64,000 nucleotides of DNA from Laetmonice hystrix (Eukaryota): positions 19,654,001-19,718,000 of the forward strand of contig OZ249437.1 of NCBI GenBank assembly GCA_965235115.1, written 5' to 3'. The notes under the pieces are model-generated. The model saw nothing but the letters and a program-made list of their open reading frames with translations. It did not search any database and had not been told where the DNA came from. Below, piece after piece: positions 62,215 to 64,000 of this stretch. The stretch's first letter is position 1; each line of letters starts with the position of its first letter. The translations under genes and the position numbers were made by a program.

Positions 62215-62724
62215 AGTCATTTTATTGCCTATAATTGCGAACCGTGACACCTACGTCATCATGACTGAGGCCACCAGGAACATGTTGAACCCACGATGTC
62301 CCATATCTGCCTGCAATTGTTTCATTTAATACGATGGGAATTTTGATGAACTGTAAATGAGCCTTCACATTGTGAAGATCAGTCAAACGGCGTTTAAGGA
62401 ATCCGTATAGCATGTGTGCAGCAAGGTCATACCCTGATCTACGAGTTGAATGGGATTGTCAATCATCCAACCAAACTACCCACAATCACCGTGTCAGTTT
62501 CAAAAATGATTGCATCATACATTATTAGATGGTGCTTAACTTAATTCTTTGTGCTTTCCAACCGATTTTAATTATTTACTAGGTAGGCGAGGACAGGAGT
62601 TTAATCAGTAGAGTGCCTGTGAGCCGTGGAACTGGAAAACTTGTTAACCCAATCAGTACAGAGACCAGAGCATGCAAGCGGTCAGGTTGGCGGTATGACT
62701 GTGTGAACGGTACTCACTTCGAGT

Positions 62725-62895
62725 GTCAGGTACATCTGTGGGCCGGTGTGGCGTACTGCAGCTTCCGCCGTCAGGTACATCTGTGGGCCGGTGTGGCGTA
62801 CTGTAGCTTCCGCCGTACTGTCAGTACAGAGACCAGAGCACGTACATCTGTGGGCCGGTGTGGCGTACTGTAGCTTCCGCCGTACTGTCAGTACG
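62725..62895 (+). repeat. About 45-bp repeat (GTACATCTGTGGGCCGGTGTGGCGTACTGTAGCTTCCGCC), 3 copies
   Basis: Direct. Confidence 0.88.
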
Positions 62896-63529
62896 TCTTC
62901 AGCTCCCATTATGTAACCCCTCCCGGCACATCTCAGTCATACAAGTGTATGGAAATGTAATTAGATAAAACCACGATGTCCTTGAGCCGTACGGAGAGAA
63001 TGACAAACGGTAAGCTTATGTAAAAAGGTGTCACAACGTCGGCAGATTCAGGCGTACAATGCCATCCCTCCTCCTCCCCGCTCTACCGGACCCCCGCCCG
63101 TAATCCCCCGGACACCACCCCTCTCCCGGCCGCGGGACCCCCGCCCGTAATCCCCCGGACACCCTCCCCCCCGTCCCGGCCGGCCGGCCGACCGTCGGAA
63201 CCACCCCGTTGTCCGACACACCAGTATACCATCGACACAAAGCCTCAGTCAGACACGGAGCTGACGCAATGTATCACGTTCAGATGCCTGGATCTCAAAT
63301 TGGCCAATCGCAGTGAAGGTACTCGGTTTAAAATGCCGGCCGGGTCAGGAAGCTTATATTATTAGGCTGGATCCCACTGTCTGCAACTTCTGTCCTGTCG
63401 TCACAAATTTAATGCCATCCGTGATTTCTTAAGTCCCGATTTAGGATCGTATTGTTTCTTTCGCTTGAATCTATTATCAATAAAAAGTCTGTTGGAGAAT
63501 ATTTTCTAGACACAGATGGTTAGATAATT

Positions 63530-64000
63530 CTGAAGTGTGACACCTTGTAAATATGCCGACACTGGAGGTGGGATTTCTGTGGGCTGTGTAACACCTTGTA
63601 AATATACCGACACTGGAGGTGGGATTTCTGTGGGCTGTGTAACACCTTGTAAATATACCGACACTGGAGGTGGGATTTCTGTGGGAGGTGTAACACCTTG
63701 TAAATATACCGACACTGGAGGTGGGATTTCTGTGGAAGGTGTAACACCTTGTAAATATACCGACACTGGAGGTGGGATTTCTGTGGGGGGTGTAACACCT
63801 TGTAAATATACCGACACTGGAGGTGGGATTTCTGTGGGAGGTGTAACACCTTGTAAATATACCGACACCAGAGGTGGGATTTCTGTGGGAGGTGTAACAC
63901 CTTGTAAATATACCGACACTGGAGGTGGGATTTCTGTGGGAGGTGTAACACCTTGTAAATATACCGACACCAGAGGTGGGATTTCTGTGGGGGTGTAACA
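63530..64000 (+). repeat. 51-bp minisatellite (ACACCTTGTAAATATACCGACACTGGAGGTGGGATTTCTGTGGGAGGTGTA), at least 9 copies, truncated by the window end
   Basis: Direct periodicity (17-aa periodic ORFs). Confidence 0.96.

Overview
This is eukaryotic, probably invertebrate-animal, scaffold DNA with two N gaps (1043-1222, 60381-60544). The taxon is an inference from GT-AG splice signals and the absence of dense prokaryotic gene packing. Roughly half of the 64 kb (about 32 kb by my hand tally) consists of about 35 mutually unrelated minisatellite arrays with units of 14-111 bp, separated by short unique segments. Every long ORF in the supplied track lies inside one of these arrays and is best explained as a repeat artefact. 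I recognise no protein family, rRNA, tRNA or CRISPR array. The unique segments contain several short candidate exons with splice signals and some promoter-type motifs (CRE, X-box, CCAAT/E2F). They also hold a TA-flanked Tc1/mariner-type MITE (37296-38147) nested in a larger foldback-like element (about 36139-38590). Four patterns stand out. (i) Many repeat units contain consensus splice donors, and some contain a complete 13-20 nt GT..AG mini-intron. (ii) Collapsing the 3.4 kb 45-bp array to one unit restores a continuous reading frame, as expected if amplification of an AG|GT site created an intron. (iii) Many units carry palindromes or hairpins. (iv) One array gives about 20 perfect CRE sites in tandem. 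All functional interpretations are hypotheses and need RNA or comparative data.
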